64,000 nt of DNA from Polyangiaceae bacterium (GTDB taxonomy: Bacteria > Myxococcota_A > Polyangia > Polyangiales > Polyangiaceae). Position numbers and translations under genes: made by a program. The notes under the pieces are model-generated. The model searched no databases. It saw nothing but the letters and a program-made list of their open reading frames with translations, and had not been told where the DNA came from. The stretch spans positions 576,001 through 640,000 of the forward strand of contig CBDCTZ010000015.1 in NCBI GenBank assembly GCA_965222375.1. The letters run 5' to 3'. Shown piece after piece: positions 42,684 through 51,255 of this stretch. Each line of letters opens with the position of its first letter. The stretch's first letter is position 1.

Positions 42684-43872
42684 GAGCCAGCCTCCGTTTG
42701 ACGTTCGCCTGAACCACGACGTGGTCGATGACAGGAGCGAACAGGTTCATGAACAAGATGGCGAGCATCATCCCTTCCGGGTACGCCGGGTTCACCGCAC
42801 GGATCAGCACGGCTAGGAACCCGATTGCCAGGCCGTAGGCGAACTGACCGCGCAGCGTGAAGGGAGACGAGACGGGATCGGTGGCCATGAAGACCGCACC
42901 GAAGGCCCAGCCGCCGAGCAGCACGTGCCAGTGGGCCGGAACGTTGAACATTGGATTCGACGCAGAGCCAATGGCGCGCAGTAGCTCCGCCGTCACCAAC
43001 GTTCCTAGGACCACACCGATCAGCGTGCGGGCTGAGGCGACGCGCGTCAGCAGGAGTACGGCCGCACCGAGCAGGCAGGCCAGAGTCGACGTTTCACCCA
43101 TCGAACCCTGGGTCAGACCTAGAAACGCGTTCCACAGATCCGGGGCGCTGGTGTCGCCCTCGGCGAGGCGCGCCAGCGAAGTGGCTCCGGTGATGCCGTC
43201 GGGCAGCTTGGCTGCGACCCACACATCCCCGGACATCTGAGCGGGGTATGCGAAGAACAGAATCGCGCGCACGACCAGCGCGGGATTCAAGAAGTTCATG
43301 CCGGTGCCGCCGAAGACCTCCTTGGAAATGAGCACGCCGAAGGCCGTTCCGACTGCCACCTGCCACAGGGGAATAGTCGGGGGCAGAGTGAGAGGGATCA
43401 GAAATCCGGTAACGAAGAAACCCTCGTTGACGGCGTGTCGGCGCACGACCGCAAACAGCACTTCGATGGCGCCTCCCGCCGCAAAGCAAACGGCAAGCAC
43501 CGGGATGAAATAGAGCGCACCGCGCACCGTGCAACCGATCACGGACTGCGGAGAAGCCGACAGACCCGTTGCCGCAAACACGGCGCTGCGCCAGTCGGGG
43601 ATCTCCGTGCCGCCCTGAGCCAGAACCAGGTGCGCCTGGTAGCCTGTATTGTAGAGCGCCATGAGCAGGCAAGGCACAAGGGCTACGACCACGACGATCA
43701 TGACGCGCTTGAGGTCGATGGCGTCGCGTACGTGTACGTTGCCACGAGTCACGGTGCTCGGCGAACACAGCAGCGTATCCACCATCTCGAAAAGGGGCGC
43801 GAAGCGCTCGAGGCGGCGGCCACGCTCGAAAGGTCGGCGTGCCCGCTCCAGGGCCTTGCTCAACCGAGACAT
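42670..43872 (-). CDS. nqrB: Na+-NQR subunit B
   Basis: HVRDAIDLKR, KEVFGGTGMNFLNPAL, DGITGAT, FMATDPVS, YPEGMMLAILF. Confidence 0.96.
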   Translation of the reverse strand: MSRLSKALERARRPFERGRRLERFAPLFEMVDTLLCSPSTVTRGNVHVRDAIDLKRVMIVVVVALVPCLLMALYNTGYQAHLVLAQGGTEIPDWRSAVFAATGLSASPQSVIGCTVRGALYFIPVLAVCFAAGGAIEVLFAVVRRHAVNEGFFVTGFLIPLTLPPTIPLWQVAVGTAFGVLISKEVFGGTGMNFLNPALVVRAILFFAYPAQMSGDVWVAAKLPDGITGATSLARLAEGDTSAPDLWNAFLGLTQGSMGETSTLACLLGAAVLLLTRVASARTLIGVVLGTLVTAELLRAIGSASNPMFNVPAHWHVLLGGWAFGAVFMATDPVSSPFTLRGQFAYGLAIGFLAVLIRAVNPAYPEGMMLAILFMNLFAPVIDHVVVQANVKRRLARDRT

Positions 43873-45236
43873 CAGGCTCCCGTCTCCAATTCGTCCAACA
43901 CCGCGCGGAGCCGTTCGCCGTAGTCGGCTTTACCTGGGCAGACGAAGCTGCACAGCGCAACGTCTTCCTCGCTCAACTCGAGCGCACCCAGTTGCTCCGC
44001 CCACTCCAAGTCTCCGACACTCACAGCCCTAAGAAGGTGAGTGGGAAGCACGTCATAAGGCATCACGCGCTCGTAGGCACCAATGGGTACAATCGCGCGA
44101 GGGCCACCGGCCAGCGACGTTGTGAGACTCGGCGCCATCGGCGACCTCCCCATCCAGCGGCGCAGCAGCGCAAGCAGCGACTCGGCGAACACCGGCGTGA
44201 AGGAGTAGCGGTCAAACCCTGGACGCAACCAATGCAGGGCGTGACGCTCGCGGTCTTCGCTCAAGACTGCGATCTGCTGATGGTGGCGCCCCAGCCAGCC
44301 TTCCACTTCGCCCCGAGCGACGCGCCCATGGAGCACGGATCCCGACACAACCCGTTGCTCACCCGACCTCAGCTCGTTCGCAACCGCGTCATCCACGCTG
44401 GCGCCAGTGCGCAACCGGAGCAGACGAGGATTGAGAACACCTGGACCCGCCAAGGAGACGACTCGGGTTGAGTCAAGAGTGCCACGAGCAAGCAGGTACC
44501 CAATCGCTGCCACGTCCTGCGCGCCGATGTGCCAGACGCTTCTGCCGCGGTGCACCGGTGCTAGAAGCTGAATGTGAAGCCCTACGTTCCCGGCGGGGTG
44601 CGGCCCGTCGAATTCTTCGAGGGAAACTTCAGCATTGCCGAGGGGTGGGCGCTGTCCGCGGCGCACGCACACGAAGGTGGTGCCACCCGTCAAACGAGTC
44701 ACAGCTGCAAGTCCGCGCTCGAAGTCTTCCTCACGCCCTGAGAGGGTCGAGTCCAAATCCGGCGCGTGAGGCTGTGTGTCGATCGCCGAAATGAATAGTG
44801 CGTGTGGCTCGCCCGCCGGATCTGGCGTGCGCTCAAAGGGGCGCTCGCGAAGTGCAGTCCACAGTCCGGTCTGAAGCAGGAGGGCGCGCAACGCGTCGCC
44901 GTCCTCCGCGGCTCGATTGATCGCGAAGCCGTGCGTGTCGTCGTCCTCGATCTCCACGGTAACGCTTTGAAGGCGGCGCCTGTCGCCCCGATGGACGGCG
45001 CTGACGCGGCCTCCTGCGGGAGCGGTTACGTAAAGCCCGTTGCGTCGTCGGTCTTCCAGCAGGGGTGCGCCGCGCTGCACACGATCACCAGGTTGCACGA
45101 GGGGGCGCAACTTTCCACCACGTACGTCGTCGGCCATTACGCCGACGCGGCCGACAGGCTTCGCTTCTGGACTTCCCGAGCGGGGTGCTCCGGAAAGCGG
45201 CAGGTCGAGGCCGCGCCGAATGCGATGTACAGCCAT
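43872..45236 (-). CDS. nqrA: Na+-NQR subunit A
   Basis: RGLDLPLSG, GPHPAG, SGSVLHG, EEDVALCSFVCPGK. Confidence 0.95.
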   Translation of the reverse strand: MAVHRIRRGLDLPLSGAPRSGSPEAKPVGRVGVMADDVRGGKLRPLVQPGDRVQRGAPLLEDRRRNGLYVTAPAGGRVSAVHRGDRRRLQSVTVEIEDDDTHGFAINRAAEDGDALRALLLQTGLWTALRERPFERTPDPAGEPHALFISAIDTQPHAPDLDSTLSGREEDFERGLAAVTRLTGGTTFVCVRRGQRPPLGNAEVSLEEFDGPHPAGNVGLHIQLLAPVHRGRSVWHIGAQDVAAIGYLLARGTLDSTRVVSLAGPGVLNPRLLRLRTGASVDDAVANELRSGEQRVVSGSVLHGRVARGEVEGWLGRHHQQIAVLSEDRERHALHWLRPGFDRYSFTPVFAESLLALLRRWMGRSPMAPSLTTSLAGGPRAIVPIGAYERVMPYDVLPTHLLRAVSVGDLEWAEQLGALELSEEDVALCSFVCPGKADYGERLRAVLDELETGA

Positions 45237-45385
45237 CGCTGCTTTGGCTAGCAAACACCGGACCGCTTGATTGGCTCACTCTGGAACGTCCAGGTGCGCA
45301 CGCGTTGCACCGGCTAGCCTTCGTTCCGCAACGGCTGCGTTGGAGGTCCCCCGCCGCGGGCCTGGGCCTCAGACGCCGTCGGAAG

Positions 45386-46273
45386 CTACTCAGCGCTGCT
45401 GGGCTTGATCGCGAGCACGCTGAGGTCCGTCTCACGAAGGACCTGATCCGCCGTGCTTCCCAGAATCACTTGACGCAGATTGGTGTGACCTTGGGTGCCT
45501 ACGACCACGAGGTCGGCGCCTAGTTCCTGCGCACACTCGAGGATGCCGCTACCGTAGTTCATTCCCTCATGCAGATGGCATGCGGGTTCACCGCTCACTC
45601 CACTCGTGAAACCCTTCAGCCGGTAGGTCAAAGCGTCCCTGTACTGTCGTTGAAAGTCTGGTGAGGTCCCGACAGAGGGCGCGCGATAGTGCAGCACCTT
45701 CCAAGGAGGACGAAAGACATGAACAAGATGTAGCGATGCACCATCCTTTGAGGCGATCGGGGCAGCTTGCTCCGCGGCGAGCTTGGAAGTTTCCGAAAAA
45801 TCCACGCCGACCAGTACGCGTCCGAACGCTCCATCCTTGTCGGGGTGCACCAAAAGCACTCGCGTGGGGGCCTTTTGAATCGCCTTCCTGGCAACAGATC
45901 CGGCGCCGAACCCAGTGGTTGAGCTCTTGATGCCAACAATCAAGAGATCCGCCGAGACCTCTTCCACCTTTTGAACGGTTAGCCGCTCGGGACGCCCTGC
46001 ATCGACGGACATGCTCGCAAACTTGGCCGCCGGCGCGAGCTTTCCAGCCCACTCCGTCAGGTGGTTGCGCGCGTCGTCCAGAACTTGCTCCCGCACGGAG
46101 CTCGACTTCCTCGGCAGCAACGCCAGCAGCTGTTGAACGACGTGGTCATCGATGACGTGGAAGAGATGCAACTTCGCCTGATGGTTGCTTGCCAACCGAA
46201 CCCCTTGCTTGAGGGCAGCACTGCAACCATCCGAAAAGTCGATGCCAACCAAGATGTTGTCAAGTTCGCTCAT
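45386..46273 (-). CDS. Tandem-domain universal stress protein
   Basis: Two ILVG.DFS domains; DLVVVGTQG...ILGSTA. Confidence 0.92.
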   Translation of the reverse strand: MSELDNILVGIDFSDGCSAALKQGVRLASNHQAKLHLFHVIDDHVVQQLLALLPRKSSSVREQVLDDARNHLTEWAGKLAPAAKFASMSVDAGRPERLTVQKVEEVSADLLIVGIKSSTTGFGAGSVARKAIQKAPTRVLLVHPDKDGAFGRVLVGVDFSETSKLAAEQAAPIASKDGASLHLVHVFRPPWKVLHYRAPSVGTSPDFQRQYRDALTYRLKGFTSGVSGEPACHLHEGMNYGSGILECAQELGADLVVVGTQGHTNLRQVILGSTADQVLRETDLSVLAIKPSSAE

Positions 46274-46744
46274 CGGCCCTGGTCCTCAGCACAGGTGGAG
46301 GCGATCGAGTGGGGTGACCATCTGTCCCTTCCGCGAGCCAACCGTAGCATGGGCGGACTGATGGATCGCGCGCACGTTTTGCGGTTGATTGGCTCCATCT
46401 GGGCTGTCACTTCGACGCTCTCGAAGACTGGGGGACCGCGCTTGACCTGGTCGCCGGACTCGCGCGACACGCGCCCCAGCACCCAATCCGCAGTCACGAG
46501 ATTGCATCACCCGCCGACTCGGGGGTGCCGGGTTCGACGTAATCCCAGGCGAGGACGAGGTGCTCGATGTGGTCCTGAAGCAAACCAGCCAAGCATCCCA
46601 AGCCACTCTTGGCGAGGCTGCGGAAGGAGTCGCGTCGATATGCAAGGTGCGAATCGCAAAAACCTATGACTTCAGCGCCCGGCAGTCCGAACAGCAAGCT
46701 GTGCCGCCGCGCTAGGCGCGCTTGTCGCCAACTCTTCGGCGCTT

Positions 46745-47899
46745 TCAGTTCTTGACGCAGGTCAGTCGCGTGCCGGTATTGCTACCGCACGTGGCGCACA
46801 GCGAAGTCGTGCTCTGCGATGTCGAGTGATAGCCCGAAGGGCAACTCGAACCGCAGGCGGAGAACGAATTGCCACTGATTTTGATGCACGACTTGCGGGT
46901 CCCGGTGTTGCTAGGGCACGTGGCGCACAGGGATGTGCAGGAACTCGAGGAAGCGTAGTAGCCGCTCGGGCAGCCGCCGCAGGCGGAAAACGAGTTTCCG
47001 CTGATCGCGATGCAGGACTTGCGTGGGCCCGTATTGCTACCGCATTGGCCACACAGGGATGTGCAGGAACTCGAGGAAGCGTAATAGCCGCTAGGACACG
47101 AGATGCACGACGAGAACGAGCTTCCACCGATCTTGATGCAAGAGTTGCGCGTCCCAGTATTGCTGGGGCAATTGGCGCATAGCGAAGTGCAAGACCTCGA
47201 AGACGGGTAGTACCCGGTGGGGCACGAGTTGCAAGCGCTCATGGAGTTCGAGCATGCAGCGATGCACTGCGCCCGCGCGCTGCCTCCGCAGATGCTGCTG
47301 CAGCTGATCGACGAAGCGTAGTAGTTGGTGGGGCAATTGGCGCCGCACTGCAAAAACGATCCTGGCGTTCCACTCGATTTACAGTCACCGTTCTGACAGG
47401 TTTCGTCACCGTTGCAAAAGTCACCGTCGCTGCACGAGGTCCCGTTCTGCACGTTCGACTTGACGCACTTCCCACCGGAGCAAGTGTTCGTCGTGCATAC
47501 GTTATTGTCGTCGCAGTCGCCGTTACCGAAACACTGAGGCGGCGTCCCGCCCGAACCTGGGATTCCACCCGTGCTTGGAATCCCGCCCGTACCTGGAGTT
47601 CCACCCGTACTCGGCGTTCCCCCACTACCGGCAGACGCGCCCGTTCCAGCGCCCGCGCCCGTACCAGGCGTCGCGCCAGTGCCGCCACCCGCGCCCGCCG
47701 CGGCATCGCTACCGCCTCCTGTGCCCAGCCCACCCTGAGCGCCGGTCGCAAAACTTCCGTCTGCTAGGCCAAAACTGCCAGTGCCGCCCCCATCGACGGA
47801 GCCGTCAGCCGCGTCCACGAGCAAGTCCTCGGCACCGTTGAATGCATTGCACGCCCCAAACACGATAATGCAAGCTCCTGCCCAAAACCCTTTCCGCAC
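46745..47899 (-). CDS. Gly-linker lipoprotein with five Cys/Ser-rich ~42-aa repeats
   Basis: Lipobox FGAC; GGTP linker; CDDNNVCTT..C module; repeats SFS.C..CPSGYY.SS.SCTSLC..C.SNTG.R.SC. Confidence 0.8.
   Translation of the reverse strand: MRKGFWAGACIIVFGACNAFNGAEDLLVDAADGSVDGGGTGSFGLADGSFATGAQGGLGTGGGSDAAAGAGGGTGATPGTGAGAGTGASAGSGGTPSTGGTPGTGGIPSTGGIPGSGGTPPQCFGNGDCDDNNVCTTNTCSGGKCVKSNVQNGTSCSDGDFCNGDETCQNGDCKSSGTPGSFLQCGANCPTNYYASSISCSSICGGSARAQCIAACSNSMSACNSCPTGYYPSSRSCTSLCANCPSNTGTRNSCIKIGGSSFSSCISCPSGYYASSSSCTSLCGQCGSNTGPRKSCIAISGNSFSACGGCPSGYYASSSSCTSLCATCPSNTGTRKSCIKISGNSFSACGSSCPSGYHSTSQSTTSLCATCGSNTGTRLTCVKN
46748..47362 (-). repeat. Coding tandem repeat, ~126-bp unit
   Basis: e.g. 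CACAGGGATGTGCAGGAACTCGAGGAAGCGTA recurs 126 bp apart (~46926 and ~47052). Confidence 0.8.
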
Positions 47900-48225
47900 C
47901 GAGTAAGCATAATGGATTCGTGGGCGCAGCGCCCTTCAAGAATGCTCTCTCGCGAATCAGAGCACCCATCCATCACGCTCGAGTATCGCGACCGAGGACC
48001 GGTGTTCCGTGTTCAGGCTGAGTGCCCGCTGACCCGCGCGAGCTGCACCAGCGGCGCCTCGGCGCAGGAGCCGACGACGTCGGCTTCGGCGGCCGGACGA
48101 GAAGGGTAGCGACGCCAAGTCGGTGAACATGCGGCAGAGCCTCGCCGATGGTCTCCACTACAGGGCAGCGTATTGCATGGCGGTGTGCCTCGCAGACGAG
48201 GAGGTCATCGGCCGCTGTTGCAGGA

Positions 48226-49527
48226 TTACTGACAGCAAACGGTGGCCAGTCCGCTCTTCGTGACCGAGCCGGAAGGGGAAGTCGAGGAGGGCGTGCATGT
48301 TCCGCCGCCGCCGACAATCCCGCTCACCCTGACTGAACGCACATCACTGCCGGAAGCAGACGACTCCGGGACGGGGGTGCAGGTTGTGGTGAACTTGGTC
48401 GCCTTCCCGCCGCAGCCAGATCCGAGGTGGTCTTCGAACACGCCCGTACAAGTCCCCGAAGTGGGGCTGCCGCAGGAGCACTTCGTGCAACCGCGAGTGT
48501 CACTCACGCTCGTGTACAGAGTGTGTTTGTTAGAATAGCTCGAGGGACAAGCGTGAGAACCGAGCTTGGCGGTGCAGTGTTTTGCTTGGAACAACGACGG
48601 TGGCGGCGGTGCACACACGGTGCCGGTGCCGCAGCCCGCGCCAAGCTTCGGGGCTTGGCAAACGCGCTCCGCGCCAGACCACGTGACCGCTGGGCGGGTT
48701 GGCGTGCCACCTTGCGGGGTGCAGCCCCCGCCAGACGCTGCGCTGAGGAACGTCAACCGCGCGCTGCGCGGTTTGGCCCCCCCGCTGTGCGGCAGCGTCA
48801 ATTCATTACAGCCAGGCGAAACCTGAAAGAACCAGCTCGTGGCCGTGGAGCACGAGGTGGCCGACGAGTAGTACTTGATCTGGATATTGCTCTTGTTGCA
48901 CACCTGCCCGCTGGCAGGCGCGCAGCTGCAAGAGCTACAGCTGGCGGGTGCCGCGCTCACGCCTTGTCCACCGTCAAACTGAGCGCTGGAAAAGTCTTCG
49001 CTACACGGTGCAAGTTTGTTGCCGGTCGCGTAGACCGAAAGCGTGGACCAACCATCCGGCAGCTCAGGGATGCATTGGTAGCCGGCTGCCTGACAGTCGG
49101 GATCTGAGCAATCGACGAGATTGTCGTTGTCGTTGTCCACACTATCCGTGCAGTTCTCGCCCCCGGCAGCGCCCCCGCTTCCGCCCGCTGCACCGGCAGT
49201 TCCGCCACTTGGAGCGCCAGCTGAACCCCCGGTCGCCGTGCCACCTGCACCCCCCGTCGCCGCACCGCCCTCACCGCCTGTGGCTGTGCCGCCCACGCCG
49301 CCTGTGGTCGTGCCGCCCGTGCCGCCCGGTGCGCCCGCGGCCCCGCTACTGCCACTCAACCCGCCGTAGCCTGCGTCGGTACCGGCCGCCCCACCAAGCA
49401 ACTCTGAGTCAGAGGGCGCCAACAGCGAGCAGGCGCCAAGGCTTGCGAAGCCGACCATGAGCGCGACGCGATATGGCGCACCAGACCACCAGTCTACTGC
49501 AGCGGGCCACTGCTTTTGAGTTTGCAT
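48226..49527 (-). CDS. Gly-linker Cys-rich lipoprotein (start uncertain)
   Basis: Lipobox LGAC; ENCTDSVDNDNDNLVDCSDPDC; DTRGCTKCSCG; ends TVCCQ. Confidence 0.75.
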   Translation of the reverse strand: MQTQKQWPAAVDWWSGAPYRVALMVGFASLGACSLLAPSDSELLGGAAGTDAGYGGLSGSSGAAGAPGGTGGTTTGGVGGTATGGEGGAATGGAGGTATGGSAGAPSGGTAGAAGGSGGAAGGENCTDSVDNDNDNLVDCSDPDCQAAGYQCIPELPDGWSTLSVYATGNKLAPCSEDFSSAQFDGGQGVSAAPASCSSCSCAPASGQVCNKSNIQIKYYSSATSCSTATSWFFQVSPGCNELTLPHSGGAKPRSARLTFLSAASGGGCTPQGGTPTRPAVTWSGAERVCQAPKLGAGCGTGTVCAPPPPSLFQAKHCTAKLGSHACPSSYSNKHTLYTSVSDTRGCTKCSCGSPTSGTCTGVFEDHLGSGCGGKATKFTTTCTPVPESSASGSDVRSVRVSGIVGGGGTCTPSSTSPSGSVTKSGLATVCCQ

Positions 49528-49771
49528 CGACAATGGGCGCAAGAGGCAAAGCGCGAGGTTACGCGAGAGGCAGAGTAGCAAGGGTCAGGCCAGTAGGTCT
49601 AGGGTGCACAGCCAGGGATCACGAGCAACGCAGATGTGCCACTGGCTACCACCGCGAAACGTGGATTCGCCTCACTCCTGCGGGCCGTGGAATCGCGAAG
49701 CCTCATGTTCGCAAGGCCAAACCGATTCCACCGGCCATGCAACGTGCCGAAGCGTGCCTTCAGGCCTAGGG

Positions 49772-50413
49772 TCAGGGTAGCAAGTGGCTGGATTCGAGCG
49801 TGATCTCGCCTCCTTCACTGACGTCGTAGAAGGAAACCGAGTGCTCGTTCAGGTCGAGAACTCCAAAGCAAGGCCCCCAGCCTCGCGCCAAAGTTCCGGC
49901 ATTGACGATTGTCAGACCACTGATGGTGCGCAGCATGCGGCGGTGAGTATGGCCGTTGATCACAAGTCGCTCGCCGCGCTGAAGGAGCAGGCTGAGCGCA
50001 TCGTTCGTCTCCAGCGCGTAGCCATGGTCTTCCGGCCGCACGCCTTTCATGTCGTCCTCACCCAATCCGTGGCACAGCAGGACCGACCCGAGCGTCGTCG
50101 ACAGGTGGCGGGTACGCGGAAGCGAGGACAACCACTCACGACTCTCAGGCGACAAATCCGTCAGAGAAGTGGCGTCGTCGAGCTCCCGCATCACGCCAGC
50201 CAAGATCCAGCGCTCGTGATTGCCGGCAACGGTCATTACATCGTGCTCAGCAAGCAACTCGATACAGCGGTCAGGGTTACCATAACCGTCCACGATATCA
50301 CCCACGGCGCAAATCCCATCGACCCCGAGTTCCGCGAAGAACTCAAGGCCAGCCGCGAGCCGCGTGTCCTCGCAGTGAATGTCACCAATGAGTCCCAGGC
50401 GGCGATGGATCAT
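49772..50413 (-). CDS. Calcineurin-like metallophosphoesterase (YfcE/MJ0936-like)
   Basis: GDIH, GDIVD, GNHE, CHG, GHTH, NAG motifs. Confidence 0.9.
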   Translation of the reverse strand: MIHRRLGLIGDIHCEDTRLAAGLEFFAELGVDGICAVGDIVDGYGNPDRCIELLAEHDVMTVAGNHERWILAGVMRELDDATSLTDLSPESREWLSSLPRTRHLSTTLGSVLLCHGLGEDDMKGVRPEDHGYALETNDALSLLLQRGERLVINGHTHRRMLRTISGLTIVNAGTLARGWGPCFGVLDLNEHSVSFYDVSEGGEITLESSHLLP

Positions 50414-51207
50414 GGCTTCGCATCCCGGGACCAACCCGTACCGCGGCTCGGAGCATCATGGTCGTGCTCCAACTTCGCGCCGTCGCTCGGAATCGGAGCA
50501 ATCGGGATTCGCGACTCCGAGCCGTTCGTGAACGACAGGTATACGGATGCAACTACAACTTCCAGCACGAGGCTACTGACGGCCGACAATGCGTGCCGGA
50601 TAGCCGGGAGTTCGAGCGCCAGGAATCCTACCATGCCCAGAGGAACCATGAGCAGCAGGAGCAGTAGTGCGATCTGTAGACTCGCTCCCCTCGTGGCGGT
50701 CCAGCTGCTTCGGAATGCTCTCACAATGGGCTCGCCTCTATCGACGATGAACTGCACCCATACGATTCCGCGAATCCCAAGAACAACCATCATCGGAAGC
50801 AGCACGACCATCCCGGCCATTTCCGCCAGCGAGGGATCGGGCACTCCCAGGAAGTGGGACGGGATTTCAAGCGCCAGGATCGCGACGAACACTCCCGGCG
50901 CGACACGAACGCCTTGGAGCAGCGTCGCAACGGTTGGTTTTCCGCCTGAAGCAAGGTCGATCGCTGCGCACGTGAGTCCTCCTGTCAGCAAGGACTGCCA
51001 GGCGGCCTTCGCCACAACGAACGCCAGCACCATCCCAATTCCGGCGCCGTACACGCCAAGTTCTCCCCGTAGCTGGATCCCAGGCTGCGCCCACACCGCG
51101 GGAACGACACCAAGTATCAAGAGCGCGCGGACTGGGTGCCGACACACTCCACGAACCGAGTTCGTCAGCACGTCGCCGATGACCAGCCCTGACCTCCCCC
51201 CTCTCAT
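50410..51207 (-). CDS. Multi-pass membrane protein
   Basis: About 6 hydrophobic segments; AFRSSWTATRG. Confidence 0.65.
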   Translation of the reverse strand: MRGGRSGLVIGDVLTNSVRGVCRHPVRALLILGVVPAVWAQPGIQLRGELGVYGAGIGMVLAFVVAKAAWQSLLTGGLTCAAIDLASGGKPTVATLLQGVRVAPGVFVAILALEIPSHFLGVPDPSLAEMAGMVVLLPMMVVLGIRGIVWVQFIVDRGEPIVRAFRSSWTATRGASLQIALLLLLLMVPLGMVGFLALELPAIRHALSAVSSLVLEVVVASVYLSFTNGSESRIPIAPIPSDGAKLEHDHDAPSRGTGWSRDAKP

Positions 51208-51255
51208 CGCAACGAATTGTAGTCGCTTTTCACTAGGCCATCATGAAACCCCGCA

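Noticed and set aside
40605..45236. Assignment of the cluster as Rnf
   Set aside because: Presence of NqrA and NqrF, gene order A-B-C-D-E-F and apbE/nqrM identify Na+-NQR
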